Assembly: GCA_030704615.1 (NCBI GenBank)
Contig: CM060733.1
Span: 372,001 to 436,000 of the forward strand
Length of the DNA stretch: 64,000 nucleotides
DNA from: Takakia lepidozioides
Lineage: Eukaryota; Plantae; Bryophyta
Direction of reading: 5' to 3'
Part shown: positions 12,830-24,724 of the stretch, in pieces
How the letters are laid out: each line of letters begins with the position of its first letter
Position numbering within the stretch: position 1 is the stretch's first letter
The notes under the pieces: generated by a model
What the model was told of the DNA's origin: nothing
The model's input: only the letters and a program-made list of their open reading frames with translations
The model's database searches: none
Position numbers and translations under genes: made by a program

Positions 12830-15800
12830 CATGGATACCACTGTACCCCTTCAACTTATTGGCATTGACTCTTCCCAGCATCTCTTTGTTAATGATTTGT
12901 AACATGGCGGTGTTGTTATCATACATCTTCTGTATGACATAAGGTCCTTTCCATGGTGATTTAAGCTTAGAAGCTTTAATCTTTCCCTTCTTCTGCAACC
13001 AGAGAACCAAATCTCCCGTTTTAAAAGTCTTTATCTTGCCTTCATCAAACTGTTCCTTTCTCTTCATCTGAATTCTGGTCATGTTATCAGCTGCATCAGC
13101 ACGTACTTCTTCCACATGGTATAATTCATGTTTCCTGACCTTAATTGAATCTTGCAATTCCATTCTCTTTCCTCATTCCGTTCTCATGGTAGGTAACAGG
13201 AATTCCACTGGAAGTAAAGCTTCCATACCATAAACTAATTGGAATGGTGTATATTTAGTGGTGACTTTATATGAAGTCATGTATGACCACAAAGCTGTCA
13301 GCAGCTTTGTATCCCAATCCGTTCTGTTTGCATTGACTATCTTAGCCAAGATAGTACATAGTATTTTGTTAGTAGCCTCTGCCTGTCCATTACCCTGTGG
13401 GTAATATGTTGTACTTTTCCTATGCACAATCATGAACTCTTTAGTCAATAATTCAATGGTCTCATTAATGAAGTGACTTCCCTGATCACTGATAAATTCC
13501 AAGGGACAGCCAAATCGTGTTAGTATGTTCTCATACAGGAACCTTGCTGTGGACTTGGCTGTGTTGTCCCTCAAAGCTTTAGCTTCCACCCACTTCGTAG
13601 TATAATCAATGGCTGTAATTATGTACCCGTTCCGTGTATTCTTGGCTGGTGGGTTAATTGGTCCAACAAAGTCTAGTCCCCATTTCTGAAATGGTTCTGT
13701 AGGCATTGTAGGATGCAAGGCCATCTTCCCAGATCTCTGCAAAGGTCCTAGCCTCTGACATTCATCACAACTCTGACAATACTTGTGTACATCTTTGAAC
13801 AAAGTAGGCCACCAGTAACCTGCGAGTAGTATCTTTCTACTGGTAGTCTCTTCTCCAAAATGACCTATAGCCACTCCTTTATGAACTTCCTCCAAAACTT
13901 TATTTACTTCATGGTGGTACAAGCATCGTTTAAGTACTCTATCAGGTCCTAGCTTATACATTCTGTTTCCTACCATAGTATAAGGTAAAGCCTTGATAGC
14001 GATTCTCTTCCTCTGCTCCTTACCATAACTAAGTGGGCATTGACCATGAGTAAGGTAGTATCTGATAAGCCACTGCCAATCTAACCATTCATCTACACTT
14101 CCTTGCACCTCCATTACAAATAAACTCGCATCAAGTAACTGATCATCTACTCATGTGGCGGCCTCTCCTGTTGTTAGTCGTGACAAATGATCTGCCACAA
14201 GATGCAAACGGCCAGGCTTGTAAACAACTTCGAACTCAAACTCCTGCAAGATTATTAACCACCTCGCTATCCTTCCACTTATCAAAGGTTTGTTCACCAG
14301 ATATATCAAAACCTGGTGATCAACATAAAACATAAACTTTCTTCCCTATAGGTAATGCCTGAATTTCTTGACTGCATAAATCATTGCCAGTGCTTCTCTT
14401 TCAGTTGTGCTATAGTTCCTTTCAGCACTGTTCATCAACCTGCTAGCATAGTACACAGGTGAATCTATATTTCCTGTAACATTCTGGGCTAACACCGCTC
14501 CCAACGCTTCTCCTGAGGCATCATAGTGAACATGAAATACTACATGCCAGTGAGGGTTAATCAGCACAGGTGTAGTTGTTACTGACAATGTAAGTTCCTC
14601 AAAAGCCTGTTGACATTCAGCTGTCCATACAAACACTGCATCTTTCTTCAGAAGCTTGCTCAATGGTGCTGCTATTTGTGCATACCTTTTGACAAATCTT
14701 CTGTAATAACTGGTTTGCCCAAGGAATCTCCTTAGACTCTTAACATTTGTTGGTGGTGGAGAGGCTTTAATGGCCTCTGTCTTCCTGGGATCCACAAGAA
14801 GTCCCCTCTTATACACAATGTGTCCCAGAAGCACGCCTGAGTTCACACAGAAAGTACATTTCTCTGGATTCAGACCCAGACCTCTCATCCTGCATCTGGC
14901 CAGACATAACTCCAATTTATGCAAGTGCTCATTCTTAGAGCTGTACACACTGAAATCATCCAAGAACACCTGCATGAAATCATCCAGATACTCATGAAAA
15001 GATTCACTTATCACTCTCTGAAAGGTTGTTGGTGCATTACAAAGTCCAAATGGCATGACTTTGTATGCATAAGCACCCCAGTCTGTGATGAAAGCTGTCT
15101 TTCCTTGGTCTTCTTCTGCCACTTGCACTTGCTTATAACCACTGAAGCCATCCATGAATGAGTACATCTCATGGCCTGACACAGTGTCCAATACTGCTTC
15201 TGTGAATGGCAAAGGGAAAGGATCTTTCTTCGTACAAGCATTCAGCTTCTTGTAGTTTACACAAACTCTTAGTTTACCATTCTTCTTGGGAACTATCACT
15301 ATGGGTGACAACCAAGTTGTATACTCTATTGGGTATATAAACTTAGCCTCAGCCAACTTCTTGATCTCTTCTCCAACCTTCTGTGCGTAGTTGGGATTCA
15401 TTCTGTACCTTGCCTGCTTGATTGGTACTGACCCTGGTTCCAGTTCAATCTTATACTAACAGATTTCAGGTGGTATCCCTTTTAGATCCTCATAGCTCCA
15501 AGCAAATACATCTCTGTATTTGATGAACAAACTCTTAGCTTCTTCAAAGAATTCTGGCTCCAAATCAGCTCCTACCTTCACCATCCTCGGTTCCTCTTTA
15601 GTTCTCACATTCACTTCCCTCACCTGCTCATCAGCTGTGATTGTCCAACCAATCACCACTTCATCCTGTAAACTCATAGTGGCTGGTTCCTCTAGGATTT
15701 CCATTTTTCCTTCTCTTTCTTCATAGAAATGTGATGGGTAACTGCTGGCTTCCTCTTCAATTGGTGTTGCTGACACTACACCACAGCAGATACCTCTTAA

Positions 15801-16553
15801 ACAACTTAGGCTTTCCAGCCGCATCTCTGCAACCTGCTCCCACTCTGAGTGTGCAGCAAACAGGGTAGCTTCTTGCTCCTCATCCAGTCCTCCTCTCCAG
15901 TCATACTCTCTGACCCCTCGAGGTCTTCTCGTAGCAGGTAATCTACTAGATTTCTTTGTGGTAATTTGTATCTCGTGCATTCCATTATGCACGGTTAGTA
16001 ACTGAGAATTCCAGTCATGGAATACCCTGGCCTGTTTCAGTCACGGATGTCCCAATAATAAGGAGTAAGCCTCCATGACTTCATCCATCTTTAACACAGT
16101 TATTGTGATCATAAAGATCATCTTCTGTATCTGTATCTTAACTCCTCTTATTAATCCCAATGGCTGCACACTCCTTTGATCTGCCATTGTCACTGTAAAT
16201 GGGGCTGGTTTCATGTTACTTAGACCAAACTTCTTTCTTAATTGGTCTATCATGATATTTACTCCAGAGCCTCCATCTATCAGTACATCAGTTAGTTCTG
16301 TGCTTCCAATTCTCAATTGGATTACTGGCATAGAATCATCAAAGTCCATGACTGTTTCTCGCACTTCCGGCTTCACATTATAACTGGTCACTTTGCTGTT
16401 CAGGTCTGTGTTTCCTGTCTCCGGGGCAATTCGATTGATTGCTTGATACAGCCTGTGTCTATAATAAGGTGCCACAGCCAATAGCTGTCCAATGGTAATC
16501 TCTGCTTTGGTCTGACATATTACTTCAGCCAAAGTCCCTTCATTACTTTGCAT
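12830..16553 (-). pseudogene. pol: pol (PR-RT-RNase H-IN) of the gypsy element
   Basis: ORFs 16041-16553, 15456-15992, 14346-15401, 14151-14333, 13173-14114 and the start of 11526-13163 are all in one frame, with single stops between them. Confidence 0.95.
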
Positions 16554-18674
16554 GTCTGCATCTTCTTTCTTCCTTCATCCTCACTCACTTCTTCTTCTCT
16601 ATCAGAATCAGAGGAATCTGCCACAGGAATATCAGTACTCTTCTGCATTTCCCTTATGGTATCTGCCACTTCCTTGTGCAGTTCCTTCTCATCTCTCCAA
16701 GCCTCATCATCTTCAGGCATATCACTGCCACCTTCATTATCATCATCTTCCTCAACTACTGGAGGTATTAGTTTGGCTTTGCTTCTTGTTACTATCATTG
16801 TACTTACTTCTGGTACAACACATGGCCTAACCATGCGAGCTGCCTCCACTGGGCCCTCATTCACAGGAGCTCTCATCTCATTCTGGTGTCTAATCCAGAA
16901 TGAACAAGCTGTCTTGCGATGTCCTGGCTGATTACAATAGTAACATAGTTCTTCACCATTGGGTCCTTGCCCTTGGTCTGCTCTTGGATTATTTCTGTAA
17001 TCTTGATTCCCGGGCTGGTAATTCCCCCTTGGATTACCCTGATAGTTGCCTCTGGAATTTCCTTGGTAATTCCCTCTTGAATTACCTCTCCCTTCCATGC
17101 CATTGTTATAACCACCAGGCCTACCATAGTGGTCCTGATCACTGTTTCTTCTTGGCTGGGGCTGCACTTGATGCACCCTTACTTGCCTAGGTTCTCTAGC
17201 TGCTGTCCTTCTGTTGTAGTAATAATTCTCAGTAGAATGGTTATCCATTTTACAGATAGTACAATGTTTCTCCTTCATGTGGCATTCAGTGGTGGTATGG
17301 CCTTCATTCTGGCACTTTGCATACCAAGCACCCTTCCTCCAATGTGTTGCAGCCTCTGTGGCATACTTCTTCAAGATTTCTTCTAATTTTTTCTCATAGT
17401 TATCCCTCTTCAACTTCTCCTTTCTTTTACTCTTCCTTTTCAGTTCTTGCTCTTCTTCTTCATCTGACTCATCCTCAGAGTCCTCATCATCCCTTTTATC
17501 TCTCCTGAGCATTCCCAATTGCTCAATTCTGTTTGCAGTTTCAAATGCCTCCTCCACTGTATTATGGGGTAACATATCCACTTTTTTTCTGCAACTCTGG
17601 TCTTAGTCCACTCACAAACCAAGTCTTCTGTAAACCTGGTGCTGGTACAGCAGCCAGCTTTTTCATCATCAATTCTATCTTTTCCATATACTCCTCAACA
17701 GTTTTATGCTTCTTTTGCTATAACTGTTGTAAACTTCAATATACTTCATCCTCAGTTTTACTTGTCCTGAACCTATTTCGGAATGTTGTATTCAAGCCAT
17801 TCCAGGTTAGGAAATGATTATCAGGAAATCTTGCATACCATTCACTTGCTTTCTTGATAAGTGAACAAGGAAACAATCTCGTCTTGGCATCATCGTCATT
17901 CTCATTGTTCACTATATACATGTGCTCAAATTGGCTAATGTGTACATCGGGATCCCTTTTTCCTGAATATATTGGAAAATATGGTTTTGCCCGTGTTGGT
18001 TGTAACGCCATCTGTGGCCCTACCTTCTGCCCACTGACAGGTGCTTGCACCCTTGCTGGTGCTAGTCCTTCAGGACCTGTTGTTGTTGTGATGGATCTTC
18101 CACCAAGTGGTGGCCCTTGAGCACTCCCTACTACTGGCCCCACGATATTCACAGTATTCCCAGCTCCAGTTGCACTACTTCCCACACTCCATGTCCCCCA
18201 AGAGCCAGATCCAGGCAGCCCGCCTGATCCCCCTGAGCCGACACCTTCGTTGGCCTGTGATCCAAGTGCTCCACTTGATCCAGGTCCAACGGGTTGGGAT
18301 GTCATGGTTGTAGTCTCAACCTCAACTGTTGGGTCTACTTCTTCATACTCTTCCTCTTCCAATTTCTTCTCTCTATTTCCATCCTCCAAGTTCTGCCCTT
18401 GGGTTTCTTCTTCACTCATGTAACTCAACTGCAATGGTGTTGGAGAGTCTGAACTCTCCGTTGGCTCTGCCACATCCTCTCCTTCTTCTTCACCTTCCGT
18501 TTCAGAAACTGGAGTTCTTGCTTTTGGTGTTCCATGCCAACTCTTATCAAAGATTTCTGTCAAATCTTTTATCCAGGAATGTACCTCAGATCTTTCACCT
18601 CGTGATTGATCTTCTTCCCGTACCAATTCCCTTAATCTTTCTTGCAAAAAAAAAAAAGAAGGAGTGGCATCCAA
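16520..18674 (-). pseudogene. gag: gag of the gypsy element
   Basis: YSGKRDPDVHISQF...LFPCSLIKKASEWY...F...F retrotransposon gag signature. Knuckles CQNEGHTTTEC, CTICKMDNHSTEN and CYYCNQPGHRKTAC. GNxRGNYQ x3. Frameshifts near 17700 and 16550. Confidence 0.9.
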
Positions 18675-18864
18675 CTCTAGTTCTTCCGGTATGGGTGATG
18701 TACTCTCTGATCTTAATGGTGTGAGAGGTCCAGATGATTCCCCTATGTCTATTCCTCTCTCCAGAGATATGGATAATTAGCTTTCAGATAGCTTTCTCTT
18801 TTGTTGAATATCTCTGGCGTCTAGCTTCTCTTTCATCACTCATGTCCCATGTCTTTCATTTCTT

Positions 18865-19359
18865 TTAATGTGACAATAACCAAAACTCTCTTCTGTAATA
18901 TCTCTCGTATATGCCTGGGTTTCTTTCAAGCTTCAATGCACCCTTTACTATACTAGAAGTCTCCGTTACCATATAACCATATGGCAAACAAGTCTGGAAA
19001 GCTGTTCTTGGTGTGAGTTTGATCCACAAAATATCATTTGGAATCCAATTCTTTACCAGTACAAGCTCTTCATGCATATGAGTAAAAACATTCACCTTTC
19101 TTTCCTCCCAGCCTTCAAACTCTACTCGCTTAATGGATAACAATGCTATCACATAAACCAGTGTTGGTAACCAACGTGCTCTTCCTCTACAGGCCACCTG
19201 ATAAATCTTTATCACTCCTTTTTCCAGACCCCATTCAGGGTCAGCATCATGCACTCTCTTATGAATGTTTTCATTACAACCGTCTGGCAATTCCAAGAAC
19301 CTCTGAAAGAATCGTTTGGACAATCTTTCCTTCTCAGTTTCACAAGGAATTTGATTCAC
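18865..19359 (-). CDS. Extra 5' ORF between PBS and gag, function unknown
   Basis: 164-codon open frame with protein-like composition, same sense as gag. Start codon uncertain. Confidence 0.45.
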   Translation of the reverse strand: MNQIPCETEKERLSKRFFQRFLELPDGCNENIHKRVHDADPEWGLEKGVIKIYQVACRGRARWLPTLVYVIALLSIKRVEFEGWEERKVNVFTHMHEELVLVKNWIPNDILWIKLTPRTAFQTCLPYGYMVTETSSIVKGALKLERNPGIYERYYRREFWLLSH

Positions 19360-19432
19360 ATCAAATTCTTTAATTCTCCAACCACCATGATCCTACCAGA
19401 TGCCTGTCACATCTGGTTGTTCATGACCCAGT

Positions 19433-19450
19433 TCCCCAGTATGGTCGCCA
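19433..19450 (-). promoter_or_regulatory. Primer binding site (tRNA-Arg-like)
   Basis: TGGCGACCATACTGGGGA lies 2 nt after the LTR-terminal CA. It resembles the TGGCGAC...CTGGGGA PBS type of non-chromoviral plant gypsy elements. Confidence 0.8.
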
Positions 19451-19452
19451 AA

Positions 19453-20440
19453 TGTCGCGCGGCTTTTACTCACCCATCCCTTCGCTATCCGAGGCGGAAA
19501 CTCCAAGATAGAAGAGTTGGAAATCTCTAAGCACTCAGCCCGCTCAGAACAATCAGTCATGACCTACAGCTAGTGTATCATGGGGGTGTTTCCTATTTGT
19601 TTTCCTTCCCGCATTCATGTTTGCTAGTTACCTTACTGTTGGTAATTAAGTATCAGTTTGCTTCAGCAATCTATCGGATTCCATCAACTCATCCATTCAT
19701 TCCACAGCTTCACTCAGATCTCTCTACACAGTGTGAGTATGAAGTATGTATCAGATTAACATCTATCAAGTATCAGGCTGAAGCCATGGAGTCTCTAATC
19801 TGCTCTACATTACAACTCTACTGCTTGCATTCATCAAGCATCAACAGATCATCCTCCTCCTACTCCGTGTTCTCCCTCTTTCTGCTCAGAGATGTCTTTC
19901 TGCCTCATTTCCCCCAAGTGATGTCTCAAGTCCCCTCAAGAAGTGATCCCCCAGAATTGATCATTTTCCAGTCTTTGCTCCTGGCTTTATCTTCCTACCC
20001 GGTGTTCTAACCGTTTCCCTCACTAACCGTCATCCGTGAACTAACATGCTCCATTCGCAGATGTTGTTCCCCATAGTCGTTCCCTGTCCTGCTATCCGTT
20101 CCCTATGGTCGTAACAGCTGTGTCAAGCTGTGACTGGCTGTGTGAAACTGTGACGGGCTGTGACTGGCTGTGTGGCTGTGACGGGATGTGTTGACTATGA
20201 CTGGCTGTATTGGCTGTGTCGGGCTGTGTCGGCTATGCGAAGCTGTGACGGGCTGTTTGGCTGTGACTGGCTGTGTCGGCTGTGTCGGCTGTGTCGGACT
20301 GTGACGAGCTGTGTTGGCTGTGACGAGCTGTGTCGGACTGTGACGGGCTGTGTTGGACTGTGACGAGCTGTGTTGGCTGTGACGGGCTGTGTCGGACTGT
20401 GACGGGTTGTGTAACCCCCTCCTAAAGTGCGCTGCTGTCA
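19453..20440 (-). repeat. 5' LTR (~990 bp, TG...CA)
   Basis: The minus strand begins TGACAGCAGC (20440) and ends GCGCGACA (19453) next to the PBS. The far boundary cannot be confirmed without a second LTR. Confidence 0.7.
20117..20411. repeat. Tandem 10-bp GCTGTG-core repeat inside the LTR
   Basis: gctgtgacgg gctgtgtcgg actgtgacga gctgtgttgg recurs, about 29 units. Confidence 0.95.
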
Positions 20441-20979
20441 CCCCTAAGGCTCATGTTGATCTCAGTCTGTGCAAAAATTAAGGGTACCCCACAGATCCCG
20501 TAAAAGTGCCTAAGTCCCAGACAGTCCTCTAACAGACATCCAAAAGGTGCCCATACCGGACCCCGAACGGGTGATGTGCTTGCCAAGGTACATTTCACCC
20601 GTCTTGGTGGCCGGGGGTGTGCTCAACTAAGCATCCAACTCGGCAACAACCTCCCGAATAGGAGAGCTGGATGAGCCGGCCCCTGGCGCATCGAAGATGT
20701 GGACAAGAGGGGGGGTACTGGCCTCGAGGGGCAGACGAGCCCTCTGGCTGCGGCTGTCGATGGGGCTAGTTAGCCGTGAGACGCCCTGACGCGTCACACG
20801 TGCCGGCAGAGCAAATGGATTGTCCGCCCATTTCTTTGGGGCAGGGGACTTCTTCTCTTTCCCCATAAGTTGGCACATGTCATGCAAACCCACAAGTTGG
20901 CCTCATTAGGAACATTCCAGATCAAAAACAAAAAAAGCCAAGCATGTCGGGGGCTGAGAGCAGCAAGTGCTCGGGGTCT

Positions 20980-21186
20980 CGAGAGGGGGCAACAAAGAGA
21001 AAAGAAAAAGGTGGGGGGGAGGGGGAGTGACTGAGCACCACCACCAGCTGCTGAGCACCACGGGCTCACCCCCCCCTTTTTTTTTTTTTTTTTGTTGGTT
21101 TCCTGATCTCTCCCTCTCTCTGTCCCTTTCTGTCCCTCTGTCCCTCTCCCTCTCTCTCCCTCTCTCTGTCCCTCTCTGTCCCTCTG

Positions 21187-21217
<31 letters not shown>

Positions 21218-21235
21218 CCCTCCCTCTTTTTTTTG
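20980..21235. repeat. Purine-arm/pyrimidine-arm foldback module plus (CT)-rich tract; second copy at ~24195-24360
   Basis: gagagggggcaacaaag..aaaaggtggggggg..ggggagtgactgagca ... ttcctgatctctccctctctc is shared with the MITE interior. Confidence 0.75.
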
Positions 21236-21290
21236 CTGTTCACAAAAGTAAACAAACCACAAGGGAGAGAGGGTGCAGAAAAAGTTAAAA

Positions 21291-21983
21291 GATTGTACTC
21301 ATAAGACGTTGTTTGCCGTAGCCTTGTGGCCATTGACCCCGCGCCCAGTTTGAGCGGAAACAAAAGGGACAGAACCTACCTCTGTCAAGGGCTGACGTTG
21401 GTAGTAAGATTTACCTTCATATATAGAATTAATCTGGGTTTTCCAGATATCCTCTAGAAATCCCTTTACACAAGCATCAAACTGCCGTGTGTGATTTGCC
21501 CAATAACTAGGCCTCAGGAGGGCCTGGGCTTTTGGCTCAGCCTTGAGACTTTCAAAGTTGGTAAACAGAGGTACAGGCACAATTCCCTTGATAGATTTGA
21601 AGAGAACGTCTCTTTGGTGAGAGAACCCCGGACAGTGTATCAGAAAATGTGTATTGTCTTCAAATTGCCCACACAACGGGCAACTCTCCCTTTCCTCTCT
21701 GCTTCTGTTTGTTGTTCAAAGGTAGGCTTCCTGCCCTGAGTTTAAATTTCAGTCTAGTGCCAAGAGTGGGTAGACCCTTGAGGTCATCCAAGATGTCCTC
21801 CCCCATGTCACTGACTGGAAACAAGTTCAGGGAAGTTTTTTGCCTAACTCATGGCAACAAACATGGCTTTGGACACTACAGCCTCTAAGTCAGATTTCTC
21901 AACCCATATTGCAGATCCGTACTCCAAGGCAGGTCTAATAATGCGACAAAGCATGGTTTTCTTAACCTCAGAGTTGACCCCTC
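21291..21983 (-). mobile_element. LINE family B insertion with internal deletion and 17-bp target-site duplication
   Basis: TGCAGAAAAAGTTAAAA occurs at 21274-21290 and 21984-22000. The insert encodes IIRPALEYGSAIW (RT thumb) and the same zinc-finger C-terminus as 943-1472. Confidence 0.92.
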
Positions 21984-23617
21984 TGCAGAAAAAGTTAAAA
22001 AGAGAGAGGGAAGATATACACGTCAAGTCAAGACATGGACAAGACCCATAAGGGTCATTGTCAATTAAAGACATAAACAGCCCTGGATAGGGCACTATCT
22101 CACATTTCCAGTCTTGTCAAATCATCCCAAAAAGACACCACCCAATTATCCAAGACAAAACAGGGTGGGAGGGTGGGGTTTGTTCTTGTGTGGGACAAGA
22201 TAAGATATTGTTGTCCCTGTGCATGCTGCAAGGCCTCTTGGTTCAGCCTGTACATATACCAGCAGCCTACCAATTCAGCCATGAATTATGGCATGTCATG
22301 CATCAGCCAAGGCAAAAGGATCAGCCTGCATTTTGTCAGAATCTCAGTATCCCATCAAGCAGTCCAACTTGATCCAGATGAAGTAGATTCCATATCATTT
22401 GTATTCACCCCGAGACATGTGATCATACAAGGTATCAAGGGAATGTGAATGCAGCCTGCCAGATTGCAGGTTCAAGATTTGTACCAACAAACAGCATGAA
22501 CAGCCGAGATCCAGCCTCTTTTGTATAAAAAACAGATGGCAGGTCATAGGCCTGATGTCATGACAGATCCAAAACAGTAGGTAGGATTCCATTGCAGCTT
22601 ACCATCCTCATCCTTCAAGAGTTCCATGCTAAAGACATGCAAAAAACACCTTACTACGATCCAGTACACATCAGAAATGGGCCTGACAAGGAGCAGGGCA
22701 GTACCCTACCAGGCTGTCGCCTAAAACTTCAAGGCCATCAGATCCATAGTTACCCAAAACCGCCAAAAACATACCACCAAAAACCAGATCCTCTTTGGCC
22801 AAAATAACTTACAACCTAGCTTAGTAATCCACAGGTTGTGCTGTCAAAGATTAAAAGGTAGGGTATAGTTTGTATGCAAGCCTCAGGAAACAAGCCCGTC
22901 AGGCCGAGCTGCGCATCGGCGGCAGAACGACAAAGGCCAGAAAGCAGGCTGGAGCAATGCAAGTCAAGGGCAGCTGGGTTGAAGTCGGGGCTGCAGTCAT
23001 TAACCGCCTCACAGTGCGCACAACCCTAGGTCTCCTCACCCCATATCCCAATCTGCATGCTCAAGAAACTTCAAAGTAGGTGAGGATCCTCACCTAGTCC
23101 CATCACAAGCCCCCACAAAAACCAACAGATTAGTGAGGATTGTGGAACCCCAGGTGAATCACAGACCCTCACACTTGTCATCGATGTCAACTAAGAAACT
23201 CAAAAGCAAGAGAAAGAGATAAGAACATGAGAATCCCTAAACTCCAAAGGCACCTTAAGCGATTGGGGAAGAGGGTTATGCGCCATCGCCACCCGCAGCA
23301 AGCCGTCTCCACAAAGCATATACGCAATGAAGCAAAGCAGGCACAAACGCAAGGCACTAGAAGAGAGGGAGAGAACTTCCCATCATAAGCATTCTTGCTA
23401 AGCACAGAAAAAGCCAGAGGAGGGAAGATGCCACTGCTTTCATAGCAGTGTTTCCCGCTGCAAAAGAGACAATGCGCCGCCTTCGCGCCCCCCCAGGCGC
23501 TCGTCTAGCATGGGTACGACGCCACAAACGGGGCAGCCACCGAAGCACGCCCGCCATAACATTCTCCTCGCGAGCTCAGAAGCACATCGCGTGCTTCTGA
23601 CAGCGGGAGAGACGACA

Positions 23618-24724
23618 TAGGGTTGTCCCCTGATTTTTCATCCGCGGATGAAAAACGGTAGGACGAGTCCATAAACCCTGACGGATTTCATCCGTAGCAA
23701 GGTAAAAAATAGGTTTTGGGGTGGGGTTAGGGTTTCCACCGTAATGAATCATAATTAGGGGTAGTAAAGATCAATTCCATGTCATAATCACATCACCCAT
23801 AGACAACACACATGTGTCAGGATGAAAAAGTAGGGAATATCATCCGTGGCAACGCCTTACCTCCATCTAGGTAATTCTATCATTCCTTTCCAGACCATCC
23901 GGTATGGATAACAAGAGTCAATAAAAGAGGAATGAAAAATTATCACCCTGGTAGTTTTTCATCCGGTACGGATGGAAAAACAGGATGCTGTTGGCAACCT
24001 CTATAGAGGTAATTCTTTTCTTCCATGGTGACTCATCCGGTATGGATGAGAGTCAATAGAGGAGGAATGAAAAGGCCAAAAGAACCATCCTAGAGGTAAT
24101 TCAGTGTCCATCCTGGTGGCTCATCCGGTATGGATGAAAAAACCTGATAGAGGAACAAAAAATCCACACTGATAGCAAACTGCCAATTCCCAATAGAGAG
24201 GGAGACAGAGGGAGAGAGGGGGCAACAAAGAAAAAACAAAAAGGTGGGGGGGGGGGAGTGACTGAGCAGTTGCTACTCAGTCACTCCCCCCCCCCCCCCT
24301 TCCTCTTTTTCTTTTTCTTTCCTGATCTCTCCCTCTCTCTCCCTCTCTCCCTCTCCCTCTATAACTCTTTGGATTTCATCTGTCCTTAACCTTTTGAGGT
24401 TATTTAGTTTTTCATCCCAACATTTTTCATCCAAATCTGGATGATATTATTATAGGATGATGAAACTTAATGTACAGAAAGCTTGGTTTACCATCTATTT
24501 CTTTCATCTAAACTGGATGAACTACATGAATAATGGTTACCTATTTTAAAATCCAAGAGATAATAAAACTACCATCATAAATGATGGCAGTTATTAAACC
24601 TAAGCCTATACCATAACCCTAAAAGATACCTTTTTATTGGATGTCATCCATTGACAAAGTGCTTCTCTTGATAAAATGTGATTTTTCATCCACCCTGGAT
24701 GAGAAATCGGGAAGTTATGCCCTA
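23618..24724. mobile_element. Non-autonomous DNA transposon/MITE, hAT-like ends
   Basis: Ends TAGGGTTGTCCCCTGATTTTTCATCC and GGATGAGAAATCGGGAAGTTATGCCCTA are imperfect inverted repeats starting TAGGG. Roughly 20 TCATCC/GGATGA motifs, often as TCATCC-GGTAT-GGATGA palindromes. No ORF and no clean 8-bp TSD. Confidence 0.7.

Larger units (their letters stand above)
8395..20440 (-). mobile_element. Ty3/gypsy LTR retrotransposon, non-chromoviral (Athila/Phygy/Selgy-like), with extra 5' and 3' ORFs; 3' LTR missing
   Basis: Order on the minus strand: LTR, PBS, short ORF, gag (three CCHC-like knuckles), PR (VLIDGGSGVN), RT (VMPFGLCNAP, FLDDFSV), RNase H (YDASG, NYSTTEREAL), IN (H-H-C-C, WGLDFVGP, ISDQGSHF, GQAE), GPY, then a long extra ORF. 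No chromodomain and no second RNase H seen. No second LTR found near 8400. Confidence 0.95.

Noticed and set aside
20794-21363. ORFs rich in E/R/G or L/S/P
   Set aside because: They are translations of (CT)/(GA) microsatellite and homopolymer runs.
22100-23560. Missing 5' exons of the ABCC gene
   Set aside because: No TMD1 or NBD1 motifs in any frame. The region looks like a possible 5' region, but no product can be supported.
23711-23735. Telomere-like GGGTTAGGG / G-quadruplex
   Set aside because: Only one telomeric unit and three G-runs of three or more, lying inside a MITE.
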